This document shows positions 10,478 to 22,744 of a stretch of DNA of 64,000 nucleotides, in pieces; position 1 is the stretch's first letter, and each line of letters starts with the position of its first letter. A program made the position numbers and the translations under genes. This DNA is from an uncultured Spirochaetota bacterium (GTDB lineage: Bacteria; Spirochaetota; Spirochaetia; SZUA-6; DRHE01): positions 4,503-68,502 of the forward strand of contig CAVUYS010000006.1 in assembly GCA_963745745.1 (NCBI GenBank), read 5' to 3'. The notes under the pieces are model-generated. The model made no database searches. It saw nothing but the letters and a program-made list of their open reading frames with translations, and was not told the origin of the DNA.

Positions 10478-11389
10478 ATGCCCATCGCGGCCACCATCGT
10501 GGTCGTCGGCCTCTTCCAGATCCTGAATCCTTCCTTCCTGAGCTACCAGGGCATCGTGACCATCGTGTACGCCATGTCCTACTTCCTCATCGCCGCCTGC
10601 GGTCTGACCCTGGTCATCATGATGGGTTCCTTCGATTTCTCGGTCGTGAGCGTCATGAAGCTGTCGGCGCTGCTGTGCGTCCTTTACATCGAGAAGATCG
10701 GGCTCCTGGTCATCCCCTTCGCCCTGGCCGTGAGCGCCGCCATCGGGTTGGTCAACGGCGTCCTGTTTGCCAAGCTGAAGGTGCCTTCGTTCATGGCCAC
10801 GCTCGGCATCTCGGTGGTCCTCGACGGGATCTCGCTGCTGTCTTCGAGGGGCTTCCTGCACCTGCTGGAGAATGAAAGGTTCCGCAGCCTCTCGGTCACC
10901 TTCATCGCCGGCCTGCCGTCGATTTTCTACTGGGCCCTCGGGGTCTGGCTCCTGGGCACGGTGGTTTCGGCGGCAACGCCCTTTGGCAGGCGGGTCTTCG
11001 CCATCGGCGGCAACCCCAGGGCCGCCGCGCTGTCCAGCATCAACGTCGACCGGCATCGGATCATCGTGTTCGTGCTGAGCAGTTTCCTGGCGGGGCTGGC
11101 CGGGGTGTTGTACGTATCCCAGCAGGGCGGCTGGTCGATGGACATCGGCGGGCAGATGATGATCCCCCTGTTCGCCAGCGTCGTCGCCGGCGGAACCTCC
11201 CTCAGGGGCGGAATCGGCGGCCCGCAGCGAACGCTGTTGGGAGTGATCATCATCACCTGGATCCAGTCCGGGCTGCTCATGATGGGTCTGGGGCGCGAAA
11301 TCCAGTTCGTGATCCTGGGCGTCATCGCCATCATCATGGCCGTGGCCACCACCGAGCGGGGAAGGGTGACGCGCCTGATCGTGAAGTGA
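10478..11389 (+). CDS. sugar ABC transporter permease (second subunit)
   Basis: Multi-TM ORF with ...VFAIGGNPRAAALSSINVDRHRIIVFVLSS... A likely true start is ATG 10414 (ATGA overlap with the upstream stop), which is in another frame. That implies one more indel between 10417 and ~10450. Confidence 0.8.
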   Translation: MPIAATIVVVGLFQILNPSFLSYQGIVTIVYAMSYFLIAACGLTLVIMMGSFDFSVVSVMKLSALLCVLYIEKIGLLVIPFALAVSAAIGLVNGVLFAKLKVPSFMATLGISVVLDGISLLSSRGFLHLLENERFRSLSVTFIAGLPSIFYWALGVWLLGTVVSAATPFGRRVFAIGGNPRAAALSSINVDRHRIIVFVLSSFLAGLAGVLYVSQQGGWSMDIGGQMMIPLFASVVAGGTSLRGGIGGPQRTLLGVIIITWIQSGLLMMGLGREIQFVILGVIAIIMAVATTERGRVTRLIVK

Positions 11390-11402
11390 GGTGCGGCCGC
11401 CT

Positions 11403-12191
11403 TTACACCGCGCTGCGGATCATTCCCCCGTCGACCTTCATGCTCTCCCCGTTGACCGCGGACCCCAAAGGGCTGCACAGGAAGGTCACCGCCGCCGCCA
11501 GCTCCTCGGGCCTGATCAGCCGGGCGAGCAGGGAAGTCGGCCTGTTTTCCTTCATGAAGCGCTTCTCGGCCGCTTCGTACTCCATGTCGGGGAAGAGGCC
11601 CTTGATGAATTTCTCCACCCCTTCGGTCCTGGTCGGACCCGGCAGCACGGAATTGACCGTGACCTCGGTGCCCTTGGTGAGCTCGGCCATGCTGCGGGAG
11701 AGGGAGAGCTGCACGATCTTGGTCGCGTTGTAATGCGCCATCTCGGGCGCCGGATTGACGGCGGATTCGGAAGAGATGAACACGATGCGCCCGCTGTTGC
11801 GCTTCAGCATGCGCTTCAAATAGTGCCTTCCCAACCGCAGGCCGCTGAAGATGTTCACCTCGAAGAGGTGCTGCCACCGGGAATCGGGGCAGTCGAAAAA
11901 ATCGACGGATTCGTAGATTCCGAGATTGTTCACCAGAATGTCGAGCTCCGGGTGGGTCTTGATGGTTTTTTCGCAGCCGGCGGCGGTGCCGTTGTCCGCG
12001 ACCAATTGCTGCAGCTTGGCGCCCGGATTGGCGCTTTTGATGATTTCGCAGGCGCGTGATACGGATTCCGCCGTCCTGCCATTGACGATGACGGTGGCTT
12101 TTTCCTGGGCGAGGGCGCGGGCGATCGCCAGCCCGATCCCCCCGGTCGAGGCGGTGACCAGAGCGACTTTGTCATGAAGCTTGAGATCCAC
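11403..12191 (-). CDS. short-chain dehydrogenase/reductase (SDR)
   Basis: Intact 262-aa ORF with KVALVTASTGGIGLAIA, NNLG and YNATK motifs. Confidence 0.85.
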   Translation of the reverse strand: MDLKLHDKVALVTASTGGIGLAIARALAQEKATVIVNGRTAESVSRACEIIKSANPGAKLQQLVADNGTAAGCEKTIKTHPELDILVNNLGIYESVDFFDCPDSRWQHLFEVNIFSGLRLGRHYLKRMLKRNSGRIVFISSESAVNPAPEMAHYNATKIVQLSLSRSMAELTKGTEVTVNSVLPGPTRTEGVEKFIKGLFPDMEYEAAEKRFMKENRPTSLLARLIRPEELAAAVTFLCSPLGSAVNGESMKVDGGMIRSAV

Positions 12192-12229
12192 TTGCAGCCT
12201 TCCTTTCTCCGGTTCGGATTCGATTTACG

Positions 12230-13726
12230 CTACCTTGCCCACTTGAAGGTCCGTTCCACCGCCCTCTTCCAGTCGCCGTAGAGCTGGTCGCGCTGGGTTT
12301 GCCCCATCTTGGGCCTGTACACCTTTTCGACCTTCCACTTGCGCTCCAGCTCCTCCTGGCTTTCCCAGAAGCCCACGCCCAGCCCGGCCAGGTAGGCGGC
12401 GCCGAGGGAAGCCATTTCGGTGATGACCGGCCGTTCCACGGGCAGGCCCAGGATGTCCGCCTGGAACTGCATGAGGAAGTCGCTCTTGGTCGCGCCCGCC
12501 GTCCACCCGCAGCGACGGGGGCGCCTGCCCGCAGTCCGCCTCCATGGCCACCACCAGGTCCTTGGTCTGGTAGGCGATGGATTCCAGGGCGCTGCGGGCC
12601 AGGTGCTCGATGCCCGTGCCGCGGGTGATGCCGATGATCAGGCCCCGGGCGTACATGTCCCAGTACGGGGCGCCCAGTCCGATGAAGGCGGGCACCATGT
12701 AGACCCCGCCGGTGTCCGGCACCTTCTCGGCCAGGGCGCTGGCCTGGGCGGCGTCGCTCGATGACTCTCAGGCCGGTCTTCAGCCACTCGATGGCCGCCC
12801 CGCCGATGAAGGTCACCCCTTCCAGCGCGTACTCCACCCTGTCCCCGATGCGCCAGCCCAGGTCCGTGGTGAGGCCGTGCTTGGAGCGCGCCGGGGCCGT
12901 GCCGGTGTTCATGAACACCGCCAGCGCCGTCCCGTAGGAGTTCTTGGCCATGCCGGGGTGAAAGCAGGCCTGGCCGAAGGTGGCCGCGTGCTGGTCCCCC
13001 GCGTCCCCGGCGATCGGCACCTTCGCGCCGAACACCTCGACAGAGGTGTGGGCCATGACCCCGCTGGAGGGCAGGAGCTTCGGCAGGATCTTCTCGGGTA
13101 TCCCGAGCCAGCCCATGATCTCCCGGTCCCAGCCCAGCTTGTGGATGTTCAGCAGCATCGTCCGGGAGGCGTTGGAGAAGTCGGTCACGTGCGCCGAACC
13201 GCCCGTCAGGTTCCAGATCAGCCAGGAGTCGATGTTGCCCATGCAGAGGTTGTCGCGCTCGATCTGAGCCCGGACCTCCGGCACGTTGTCCATGAGCCAC
13301 CTGATCTTCGTGGCCGAGAAGTAGGCGTCGATCACCAGGCCGGTCTTCTCCGTCACCGCCGGTTCGCGGCCGGCGGCCTTCAGCTCGTCGCAGATGGCGG
13401 CGCTCCGGCGGCACTGCCAGCAGATGGAGTTGTACAGGGGACGCCCGCTGTCGCGCTCCCAGAGGATGGTGCTCTCGCGCTGGTTGGTGATGCCGATCCC
13501 CAGGACCTCCCCGGGCTCGACCCGCGCCCTCCTGCAGCGCCTGGGCCATGCAGTCGCGCACGGAGCTCCAGATTTCGAGGGGGTCGTGCTCGACCCAGCC
13601 CGGCTGCGCGTAGATCTGCCGCAGCTCCCGGTAGGCCATCGAGTGGACCATCCCCTCGTGGTTGAACAGGATCACCCGGCTGCCGGTCGTGCCCTGGTCA
13701 ATGGCCAGGATGTAGCCTTTTTTCAT
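12230..13726 (-). pseudogene. glpK: glycerol kinase, at least three frameshifts as assembled
   Basis: Pieces in three frames: MKKGYILAIDQGTTGSRVILFN...; ...TEKTGLVIDAYFSATKIRWLMDNVPEV...DAGDQHAATFGQACF...; ...[23 protein letters not shown]...; ...[15 protein letters not shown]...[14 protein letters not shown]... Shifts are near 13521 (C-run), 12757 and 12497. Confidence 0.85.
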
Positions 13727-13750
13727 TTCAGCCTCGTGGATGCCTCCACC

Positions 13751-14501
13751 TTACACCATCGAGAACCCGCCGTCCACGATCAGGGTCTGGCCCGTGCAGT
13801 AGTCGGAATCCTCCGACGCGAAGTACAGCACCGCCCCGAGCAGGTCCCTGGTCCTGCCCAGACGCTTCATGGGAATGCCGGCCGTGATCTGCCGGGTCCA
13901 ATTCGGGTCCGCCATGGCCGCCTTGGCCATACCCGTGTCCGTCGTCCCGGGCAGGATGGCGTTGACCTGGATGTTGTGCGGGGCCAGCTCCAGTGCGAAG
14001 ACGCGGGTCAGGGGGAGAACGGCCCCCTTGGTGGAGCTGTAGGCGCACAGCCCCGCCTGCCCGCCGACCGCCGCGATCGAGGAGATGTTGATGATCTTCC
14101 CGCTCTTTGCCTTTGATCATCTCGCGGGCCGCGGCCGCCGCGCAGAAGAACAGGCCCTTCACGTTCACCGCCAGCAGCTTGTCCCACATCTCCTCGGTGG
14201 TCTCCAGAACCGGGGCCGTGAACAGGATGCCGGCGTTGTTCACCAGGATGTCCAGCCTGCCGAACTTCTTGACGGTTTCCGCCACCAGGCGCTCGGCTTC
14301 CGCCTTCCTGCTGATGTCGGTCTTGACGAACAGGGCCTTGCCGCCGGAAGCGTTGATCCCCGCGGCCACCGAGCCCCCGGCCTTGTCATCCAGGTCGGCG
14401 ACGACGACGCTCGCCCCCTCCTTGGCCATCCCGAGCGAATAAGCCTCCCCGATCCCCAGGGCCCCACCGGTTACGATCGCGACCTTGCCTTGCAGTCTCA
14501 T
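13751..14501 (-). pseudogene. short-chain dehydrogenase/reductase (SDR), one frameshift as assembled
   Basis: GGAGG RBS and MRLQGKVAIVTGGALGIGEA..NNAG in one frame. ...GKIINISSIAAVGG..YSSTKGAV...DYCTGQTLIVDGGFSMV is in another frame, ending at TAA 13751-13753. Shift near 14100. Confidence 0.8.
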
Positions 14502-14609
14502 CGCTCCACCTCCCGCAGATAGCAAATGTTATATTCAAACCATATCCCGATATTTTTTTATCATTCAATACTCCAGCCGTCAAGTCTTTTACCGGAATCG
14601 AGCCTGGCT

Positions 14610-14639
14610 TTGACATATTATGAGCGGATATGTTAGAAT
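14610..14639 (+). promoter_or_regulatory. sigma70-like promoter TTGACA-18-TAGAAT for the DeoR gene, with CATAT-N9-ATATG palindrome in the spacer
   Basis: TTGACA 14610-14615 and TAGAAT 14634-14639, read directly, in the AT-rich divergent intergenic region 14502-14684. Confidence 0.5.
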
Positions 14640-14684
14640 CCAATCACGAACAAGCATGGTCGGGTTCAGGAAATCGTCAACACT

Positions 14685-15413
14685 TTGCGCATCCGCAACA
14701 TGGTCAGCATCAGGGAACTCACCAGGAAGTTCGACGTTTCCGAGATGACCATTCGGCGGGACCTCAACCTGCTGGCCGCGGAAAACCTCATCGACCTGAT
14801 TCCGGGCGGCGCCATGCTGAAACGACCGGAGGAGACCGAAAGCCGCTACCTGGTCACCAAGGAAGAGTCGGTTCGCACGATCGAGAAGCTGAAGATCGGG
14901 CAGCGGGCGGTCACCCTGGTGGAGCCCAACGAGACCATCATCCTGGACATCGGCACCACGACCGAATACCTGGCCAAGTTCCTGCGGGAGGACGCGCCGA
15001 TCACGGTTCTCTGCTACTCGCTGAACGCACTGGTTGAGGTGTACAAGAAAAAGAACTGCGCCATCATCTTCGCCGGCGGGTACTATCATCCCCAGACCAT
15101 GATGTTCGAAAGCGCGGAAGGCATCGAGCTGATCAAGCACACCCGGGCCGACAAGGCCTTCGTCTCCGCCGCCGGCATCCACGACGAGCTGGGGGTGACC
15201 ACCGTCTACCCCCACGAGCTACAGGCCAAGAAGACCATCTTGAGCTCGGCCAGAAGCCGCATCCTGGTGGTGGACTCCTCGAAGTTCGGCAACACCAAGA
15301 GCGTCTATTTCGCCGACATCGCCGATTTCCAGACCATCATCACCGACAGCGGCATCCCCGACAAGTACGCGGCTTTCATCCGGGAGCGGGGCATCGAGCT
15401 GATCGTAGTCTAG
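14685..15413 (+). CDS. DeoR family transcriptional regulator
   Basis: N-terminal HTH ...VSIRELTRKFDVSEMTIRRDLNLL... and a C-terminal sugar-phosphate sensor domain (ILDIGTTT, VVDSSKFG). In-frame similarity (QEIVNTLRI) extends upstream of the TTG start, and ATG 14656 is in another frame, so the 5' end may carry an indel. Confidence 0.85.
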   Translation: MRIRNMVSIRELTRKFDVSEMTIRRDLNLLAAENLIDLIPGGAMLKRPEETESRYLVTKEESVRTIEKLKIGQRAVTLVEPNETIILDIGTTTEYLAKFLREDAPITVLCYSLNALVEVYKKKNCAIIFAGGYYHPQTMMFESAEGIELIKHTRADKAFVSAAGIHDELGVTTVYPHELQAKKTILSSARSRILVVDSSKFGNTKSVYFADIADFQTIITDSGIPDKYAAFIRERGIELIVV

Positions 15414-15436
15414 CCGCGGCGCATAGGAGGAATTGC

Positions 15437-16369
15437 ATGGAACGACCAGCGTATTTCGGGAATCTCCCCTACCCACCGGGGAGCAAGAAGCCCTGCGTGA
15501 TCCACGATGGGGATCAAAAGAAGGACTTCTTCTCGCACGAAGTGCCCGAGGAGAGCAACGTCTACACCGTCATCGTCAGCACGGACAAGCTGCATTGCGG
15601 GATGATGGCCATGGCCCCTGGGAGCACGTGGCGTTTCGTCGACGAGCACCTCGGCGATGAGTGCTACTACCTGCTGCAGGGCAACCTCACCGAGCTGGAG
15701 TGCGACAGCGGCGAATGCGTCGAAGCGAACGCCGGGGACACGCTGTACATCCCCATGGGCTGCAAGCACAAGGGCTACAACTTCTCCGAGGAGAAGCAGA
15801 TCCTGTTCTGGTCCATCGCGCCGAAAATGTGGCCGGAGAAAACCGACACTTCCTATCCGGCGGAGAAGATTCGCTTCTATAAGCACGGGAAGGACGAGTT
15901 CAACCTCAGCGGCCTGCCCGAGGGCAAAGTGGGCTTGCGCAAGCAGTTCAAGCTCCGCCAGCGCGACGTCAACCAGCTGGGCAGCTTCCCTCTTCCCGGC
16001 GCCGAAGCGCGAAAGAAGCCCATCCACTACTATGTGCAGAACAAGTCCAACAGCCTGACCACCGTGTTCGGGGCGAAGTTCCCCGTGCGGCTGCGCTTCC
16101 ACGTCAGCAACGACTTCATGCACGTCGGCGAGATCTACCTCCCCTGCGGGGGCGTCGGCAGCCGCTGCTCGGAGGTGGACTGGCATGAGGGGGACACGGC
16201 AATGCTGGTCACGCGCGGCCAGATCACCTTCTTCATGCCCGAAACCGAGGAGGTGTACTTCGCCAAGACGGGCGATGTCATGTATATCCCCGAACGGGTG
16301 AAGTACCAGCTCATCAACTACGATGACACTCCCGTGGAGGCCTATTTCGCGATCGGCGGAGGGCTCTGA
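15437..16369 (+). CDS. bicupin-domain protein of unknown function
   Basis: AGGAGG RBS and an intact 310-aa ORF. Two cupin-like halves (…GDECYYLLQGNL…GDTLYIPMGCKH… and …HEGDTAMLVTRGQITF…GDVMYIPERVKY…). Confidence 0.65.
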   Translation: MERPAYFGNLPYPPGSKKPCVIHDGDQKKDFFSHEVPEESNVYTVIVSTDKLHCGMMAMAPGSTWRFVDEHLGDECYYLLQGNLTELECDSGECVEANAGDTLYIPMGCKHKGYNFSEEKQILFWSIAPKMWPEKTDTSYPAEKIRFYKHGKDEFNLSGLPEGKVGLRKQFKLRQRDVNQLGSFPLPGAEARKKPIHYYVQNKSNSLTTVFGAKFPVRLRFHVSNDFMHVGEIYLPCGGVGSRCSEVDWHEGDTAMLVTRGQITFFMPETEEVYFAKTGDVMYIPERVKYQLINYDDTPVEAYFAIGGGL

Positions 16370-16372
16370 ACC

Positions 16373-17519
16373 CTAGGTCAGACCGGTCTGCAGCCACTCC
16401 CGCTTTTTCGCCGAGGCGAGAATCGCGTCGCACACGATCTGTGTCTTCTGGCCGTCCGCGAAATCAGGCACCCTCTTGCCTCCATCGCCCAGGTCCGCCA
16501 GGAAATCCGCGGCAGCGTGCACGAAGGTGTGCTCGTAGCCCGTCCCCATCCCCGGCACCCACCAGCGGTCCATGTAGGGCTGGTTGGAATCCCAGACCGA
16601 TATCGTCTTCCAGCCGCGCGCCTGCTTGTCGTCCTGGTGGTTGTAGAAATGCAGCTCGTGAGGGATTTCGGCGTCGAAGCGAAGGGAACCCAGCTCGCCG
16701 TTGATCTCGAAGCAATTGGCGTTCTTCCGGCCGCGGGCATACCGCGTCGCCTCGAAGGTGCCGATCGATCCGTTCGCGAAGCGGACCAGGCACTGACTGG
16801 CATCGTCGATCTCGACCTTCGCCATCGTCGCCGGGTCCTCCTGGCGCTGCCGCTCCTTGATGAAGGTCTCGGTGAGCGCGGAGAGCTCCACGATCGGTCC
16901 GTTGAGCCACATGGCGATGTCCAGCGTGTGCGCGAGCAGATCGCCCGTCACCCCGCTGCCCGCTTCCTTCGCGTCCAGGCGCCAGAACGTGCTGCCGCCC
17001 AACGGGGCATCCGCGCTGATGGTCCAGTCCTGGAGGTAGGTGGCACGGTAGTGGAACACCCGCCCGAGGGCGCCGCCGTCGATCATCTGTCTGGCCAGGG
17101 TCACGGGAGGGAAGCGCCTCTGGTTGAACCAGATCATGGTCTTCTTCCCGCTCTTCGCGGCGGCCTCGACCATCTCTTTTCCCTGCCGCTGCATTCAGCG
17201 CGAGGGGTTTCTCGGTGGCGACCAGCTTTCCCGCCTGCAGGGCGGCGATGGCAATGTCGCGATGCAGCATGTTGGGCACGCAGATGTCGATGAGGTCGAT
17301 GTCCTTCCTGTCCAGCAGCCTCCGCCAGTCGGTTTCCGTTTCCTGCCAGCCCCAGCGGTCCGCGAACTCTTTCGCCCTGCCTGCATCCCGGGCGCACAGC
17401 ACCTTCGTGCACGCCGCAATGTCAGAGGGGAAAAAGATGTTGGCCTGCCGGTAGGCGTTCGAGTGCATCCTGCCCATGAAGCCGGTGCCGATCATCGCGA
17501 TGTTCAGGTTCTTCCTCAT
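16373..17519 (-). pseudogene. Gfo/Idh/MocA family oxidoreductase, one frameshift as assembled
   Basis: GGAGG RBS. MRKNLNIAMIGTGFMGRMHSNAY...EKPLALNA is in one frame. The rest (QGKEMVEAAAKSGKKTMIWFNQRRF...) is in another frame, to a stop at 16373. Shift near 17193. Confidence 0.85.
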
Positions 17520-17532
17520 CTTGAGTTCCTCC

Positions 17533-17562
17533 AAAAAGGGCCGTCCCCCGAAGGGACGGCCC
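17533..17562 (-). terminator. rho-independent terminator after the binding-protein gene
   Basis: Perfect 10-bp stem GGGCCGTCCC/GGGACGGCCC with a 5-nt loop, followed on the minus strand by TTTTT (forward AAAAA 17533-17537). Confidence 0.7.
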
Positions 17563-17590
17563 CGTGCAAACCCCTGCAGCTTCTGCGAGA

Positions 17591-18526
17591 TTACTGCAGA
17601 TACTTGTCGACGTTCGTCTTGTCGATCATCTCGCCGGGGATGAGGACTTCCTTGGCGTAGTCCTTCTGTCCGGCGAACACCTTCTTCAGCACCTCAACGG
17701 CGCTGGTGCCCATGACGTAGGGCTGCTGGCGGCAGGTGGCGGTGATCTCTCCCGCCTTGATCGCCTTGAGGTTGGCCAGGTCGCCGTCGAAGCCAACGAT
17801 GATAATCTTGTCCTGCAGCCCAAGGGCCTTTGCGGCCTGTTTGACCGCCAGGGCGCCCGGGTCCCAGGCTGAGAATACAACGCTGATCCGGGGGTTGGAC
17901 TGCAGCTCGTCGGTGGCGTACTGCATGGCTCGATCGGTCATCCAGTCGGTGGGGCGGAAGGTGATCTTCATCCCCGCGGCCTCGCAAACCTCTCTCACGC
18001 CCTTCGCCCTCTTGTCCCCGTTCGGATGTCCGACCTGTCCTCCGATCAGCAGCAGCTCGCCCTTCCCCTTCACCTTGTCCACGATGTAGCGGCCCGTCAG
18101 CCTGGCGGCTTCGAGGTTGTCGGTGCCGATGAAGGTCAGCACGGACGGGTGGTTGACCGTCGCGTCGACGACGACGACTGGGATGCCCTTCTTCTGGGCA
18201 GCGTCCAGGGACGGTCCCAGGGCCCGCGCGTCGACCGGCATGATGACCAGGCCGTCAAGCCCCTTGATGATCGCGTTGTCCAGCGCCTGCACCTGCAGCT
18301 CGGCCTTGGTTTCCGCCGGCATCAGGGACACGTACTCGTAACCCAGCTCCTTGCATTTGTCCTCGACGCCCTTGTTGATGTTGTAAGAGAAGATCAGCGT
18401 CGGGGCGAAGCCCGTGTAGCCGATCAACATCTTCCCGCCCTTGCCGTGGCCTTGGGCGAACGCGCCGCTCGACAGGCACAGACCGGCCAAGATCAGCACC
18501 AGGACCATCTTCCTGATTCTTGCCAT
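17591..18526 (-). CDS. sugar ABC transporter periplasmic binding protein (RbsB-like)
   Basis: AAGGAG RBS, signal peptide MARIRKMVLVLILAGLCLSSGAFA, and a PBP1 body (…VVVVDATVNH…IIIVGFDGD…). Confidence 0.85.
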   Translation of the reverse strand: MARIRKMVLVLILAGLCLSSGAFAQGHGKGGKMLIGYTGFAPTLIFSYNINKGVEDKCKELGYEYVSLMPAETKAELQVQALDNAIIKGLDGLVIMPVDARALGPSLDAAQKKGIPVVVVDATVNHPSVLTFIGTDNLEAARLTGRYIVDKVKGKGELLLIGGQVGHPNGDKRAKGVREVCEAAGMKITFRPTDWMTDRAMQYATDELQSNPRISVVFSAWDPGALAVKQAAKALGLQDKIIIVGFDGDLANLKAIKAGEITATCRQQPYVMGTSAVEVLKKVFAGQKDYAKEVLIPGEMIDKTNVDKYLQ

Positions 18527-18592
18527 TCCCTTTTCTCCTTTTCCGCAACCCCGATTTCGAATATCCGGTAACACCGGATGTCTATCCCCTTG

Positions 18593-19536
18593 CTAGTCCG
18601 ACTTCCTCTGCAGGCTGTCGGTCATGACTGCCAGGATGATCACGATGCCGATCGTGATGCGCTGCCAGAACGAGCCCAGCCCGATGTGGATCAGCCCCGT
18701 TTCGAGGGACTTGATGATCAGGACCCCCACGACGGTCCGAAAAACCCCGCCTTTGCCGCCGAAAAGGCTCGTCCCCCCGATCACCACCGCGGCGATGGCC
18801 TGCAGCTCCCACCCGTCCCCCGTGTTGGGAGTGGCCAGGTCGAACTTCGCCGTGTACATCACCCCCGCCAGACCCGCGAGGAAGCCCCCGATGACATAGT
18901 AGATGATCTGGTTGCGTTTGACCTTGACCCCGGAAAGCCGCGAGACGGTGCTGTTTCCCCCGATGGCGTAGGCGTTGAAGCCCAGCCGCGTCCACCCCAG
19001 GATGAAATAGATGGCCAGCACGCAGATCGCCAGAATGATCCCGGGCCAGCGCAGGCCCGTCCCCAGCACGGTGAAGCTCTTCGGGAAGATGGACATGTCC
19101 TTGCCGGCGCCAATGATCAGGGACACGCCTTTGGCTATTCCCATCATCCCCATGGTGACGATAAAGGCGGGAACGCCCGTGGTGACGACGATCGTTCCGT
19201 TGACCAGGCCGGCCAGGGCGCCGACGCCCACGCCGACGAGGATCGCCAGCAGGATCGGCAGCTGGCTCATCAGGACCGAGCCCACGAGGACCGTGGAGAC
19301 GGCCATGATGGAGCCCACCGAGAGGTCCAGCCCGCCGGAAATCAGCACGATCGTGGTCCCGCAGGCGACGACTCCGAGTATCGCGGAGTGGACGATGATG
19401 TTGGAAAAGGTGGCGAGCTGGCGGAACGACGGCGCCAGTACGGAAAACACGATGAGAATGGCCAGCAAAGCTAGCAGCTGAGGCACCCCTGGCCTCCCCA
19501 GCACGGCTTTTCCGCTCATTTTCTCCGCAGACACGC

Positions 19537-19552
<16 letters not shown>
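18593..19552 (-). CDS. sugar ABC transporter permease (RbsC-like)
   Basis: 319-aa multi-TM ORF with …FNAYAIGGNSTVSRLSGVKVKRNQIIYYVIGG…. Confidence 0.85.
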
Positions 19553-21083
<1,531 letters not shown>

Positions 21084-21136
21084 GCCTGTGCCCGCGTGTG
21101 CTCATATGCCCATAACATGAATAATTGCTCAAGAGG

Positions 21137-21165
21137 AGCTTAACAGACCGGCAGCGGGCTGTCAA
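21137..21165 (-). promoter_or_regulatory. sigma70-like promoter TTGACA-17-TAAGCT for the ABC operon
   Basis: Reverse complement of 21160-21165 is TTGACA and of 21137-21142 is TAAGCT, with a 17-nt spacer. Lies between the SDR stop (21173) and the ATPase start (21083). Confidence 0.45.
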
Positions 21166-21172
21166 GTTTTTA

Positions 21173-21925
21173 TCAATCCATGTAGTAGCCGCCGTTGATG
21201 TTGACGGTCTCCCCGTTGATGTAGCCGGCCTGGTCGGAGGCCAGGAAGCACATCAGGTGGGACATGTCCGCTTCCGTGCCCAGGCGCCGCACCGGGATGC
21301 GGGAGGCGATGTCGTCCTTCTTGGCCTCGTCCCAGTAGTGCATCAGGTCGGTCATCACCGCGTGGGGGGCGATGGCGTTGCAGGTGACCCCGTGGGGCCC
21401 CAGCTGCCGGGCCACGGAGCGGGTCAGGCTGATCACCGCCCCCTTGGAGGCCCCGTAGGCGAAAACCGTCGTGTTGTCGCCGTTCTTCCCCGTGATCGAG
21501 GCGACGTTCACGATGCGCCCGTACTTCTGGGCCTTCATGATCGGGGTCACGGCCCGGATGGCGTACAGAACGCCCTTCACGTTGACGTCGATCGTCTTGT
21601 CGATGATCTCGTCGCTGGTCTCCTCGATGCTGCCGGGGATCAGGATGCCGGCGTTGTTGATCAGGATGTCCACCCGGCCGAACTCGGCCTTGGTGCCGAG
21701 GATCAGCTGGTCCACCTGGGCGCGATCGGCCACGTCGCAGAACACCCCCTTGGCCCGCCCGCCGGCCTTCTGGATGCGCCGGACGGTCTCCTCCATTTCC
21801 TTGCGGCTCACGTCGGCGATCACCACCACCGCCCCCTCCGCCGCCATGTCCTCGGCGGTCTGCTTGCCCATGCCCTTGGCGGCGCCCGTGATGATGGCGA
21901 CCTTGTCGACAAAACGCTTTTCCAT
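21173..21925 (-). CDS. short-chain dehydrogenase/reductase (SDR), last gene of BMC locus A
   Basis: GAAGGAG RBS. MEKRFVDKVAIITGAAKGMGKQ, NNAG and YGASKGAV motifs. 250 aa. Confidence 0.85.
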   Translation of the reverse strand: MEKRFVDKVAIITGAAKGMGKQTAEDMAAEGAVVVIADVSRKEMEETVRRIQKAGGRAKGVFCDVADRAQVDQLILGTKAEFGRVDILINNAGILIPGSIEETSDEIIDKTIDVNVKGVLYAIRAVTPIMKAQKYGRIVNVASITGKNGDNTTVFAYGASKGAVISLTRSVARQLGPHGVTCNAIAPHAVMTDLMHYWDEAKKDDIASRIPVRRLGTEADMSHLMCFLASDQAGYINGETVNINGGYYMD

Positions 21926-21945
21926 TACGCGAACTCCTTCAATGC

Positions 21946-22744
21946 TCAATATTTCGAGGTGCTCTTGCTGCCGGTGACGATAGCGATGCCGCCGCTGGTG
22001 CCCAGGCGGGTGGCCCCGGCCTGGATCATGGCCCGGGCGTCCTCGGTGGAGCGGATGCCGCCCGCGGCCTTGACCCCCATTTCCGGCCCCACCGTGCGGC
22101 GCATGAGGGCCACGTCCTGGACGGTGGCCCCGCCGGAGGCGAAGCCGGTGGAGGTCTTCACGAAGTCGGCCCCCGCCTTCTTGGCGATCTGGCAGGCCAG
22201 CACCTTCTCCGCGTCGGTGAGCAGGGCGCACTCGATGATCATCTTCATGACCGTGGTCTGCCGGCAGGCCCTCAACACCGCCCGGATGTCCTCCTCCACG
22301 GTCTTGAGGTCCCCGGATTTCAGGGCGCCCACGTTGATCACCATGTCGATCTCGCTGGCCCCGTTCTCCACGGCGTAGCGGGTCTCCAGCCCCTTGGCGC
22401 GGCTGTCCATGGCCCCCAGGGGGAAGCCCACCACGGCGCAGACCTTCACCCCCGTGCCGCGCAGCTTGCGCGCGCACTGCGTCACCCAGGTGGAGTTCAC
22501 GCACACCGAGTAGAACTTGTACTCGATCGCCTCGGCGCACAGCTTGTCCACCTGGGCCTGGGTGGAGTCAGGCTTCAGCAGGGTGTGGTCGATGTACTTG
22601 GCCAGCTCCGGCGCCGGCAGCGGAGGCCGCTCCCGAGGACTTCGCCTCCGCCGCAGCCCCGGCGCCGCTGCCCGTCGCCTTCAGGCGGGCCAGCACCTCC
22701 TGCGTGATCTTTTCCACCATTTCCCTGGTATCCATCCGCTTCAT
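21946..22744 (-). pseudogene. deoC: deoxyribose-phosphate aldolase (DERA) with N-terminal encapsulation-peptide-like extension; one frameshift in the linker as assembled
   Basis: ATG 22744 (ATGA overlap with the rpiB stop) gives [46 protein letters not shown]. The catalytic domain ([38 protein letters not shown]...DFVKTSTGF...) is in the +1 frame. The shift is at a CC/GG dinucleotide near 22609. Confidence 0.85.
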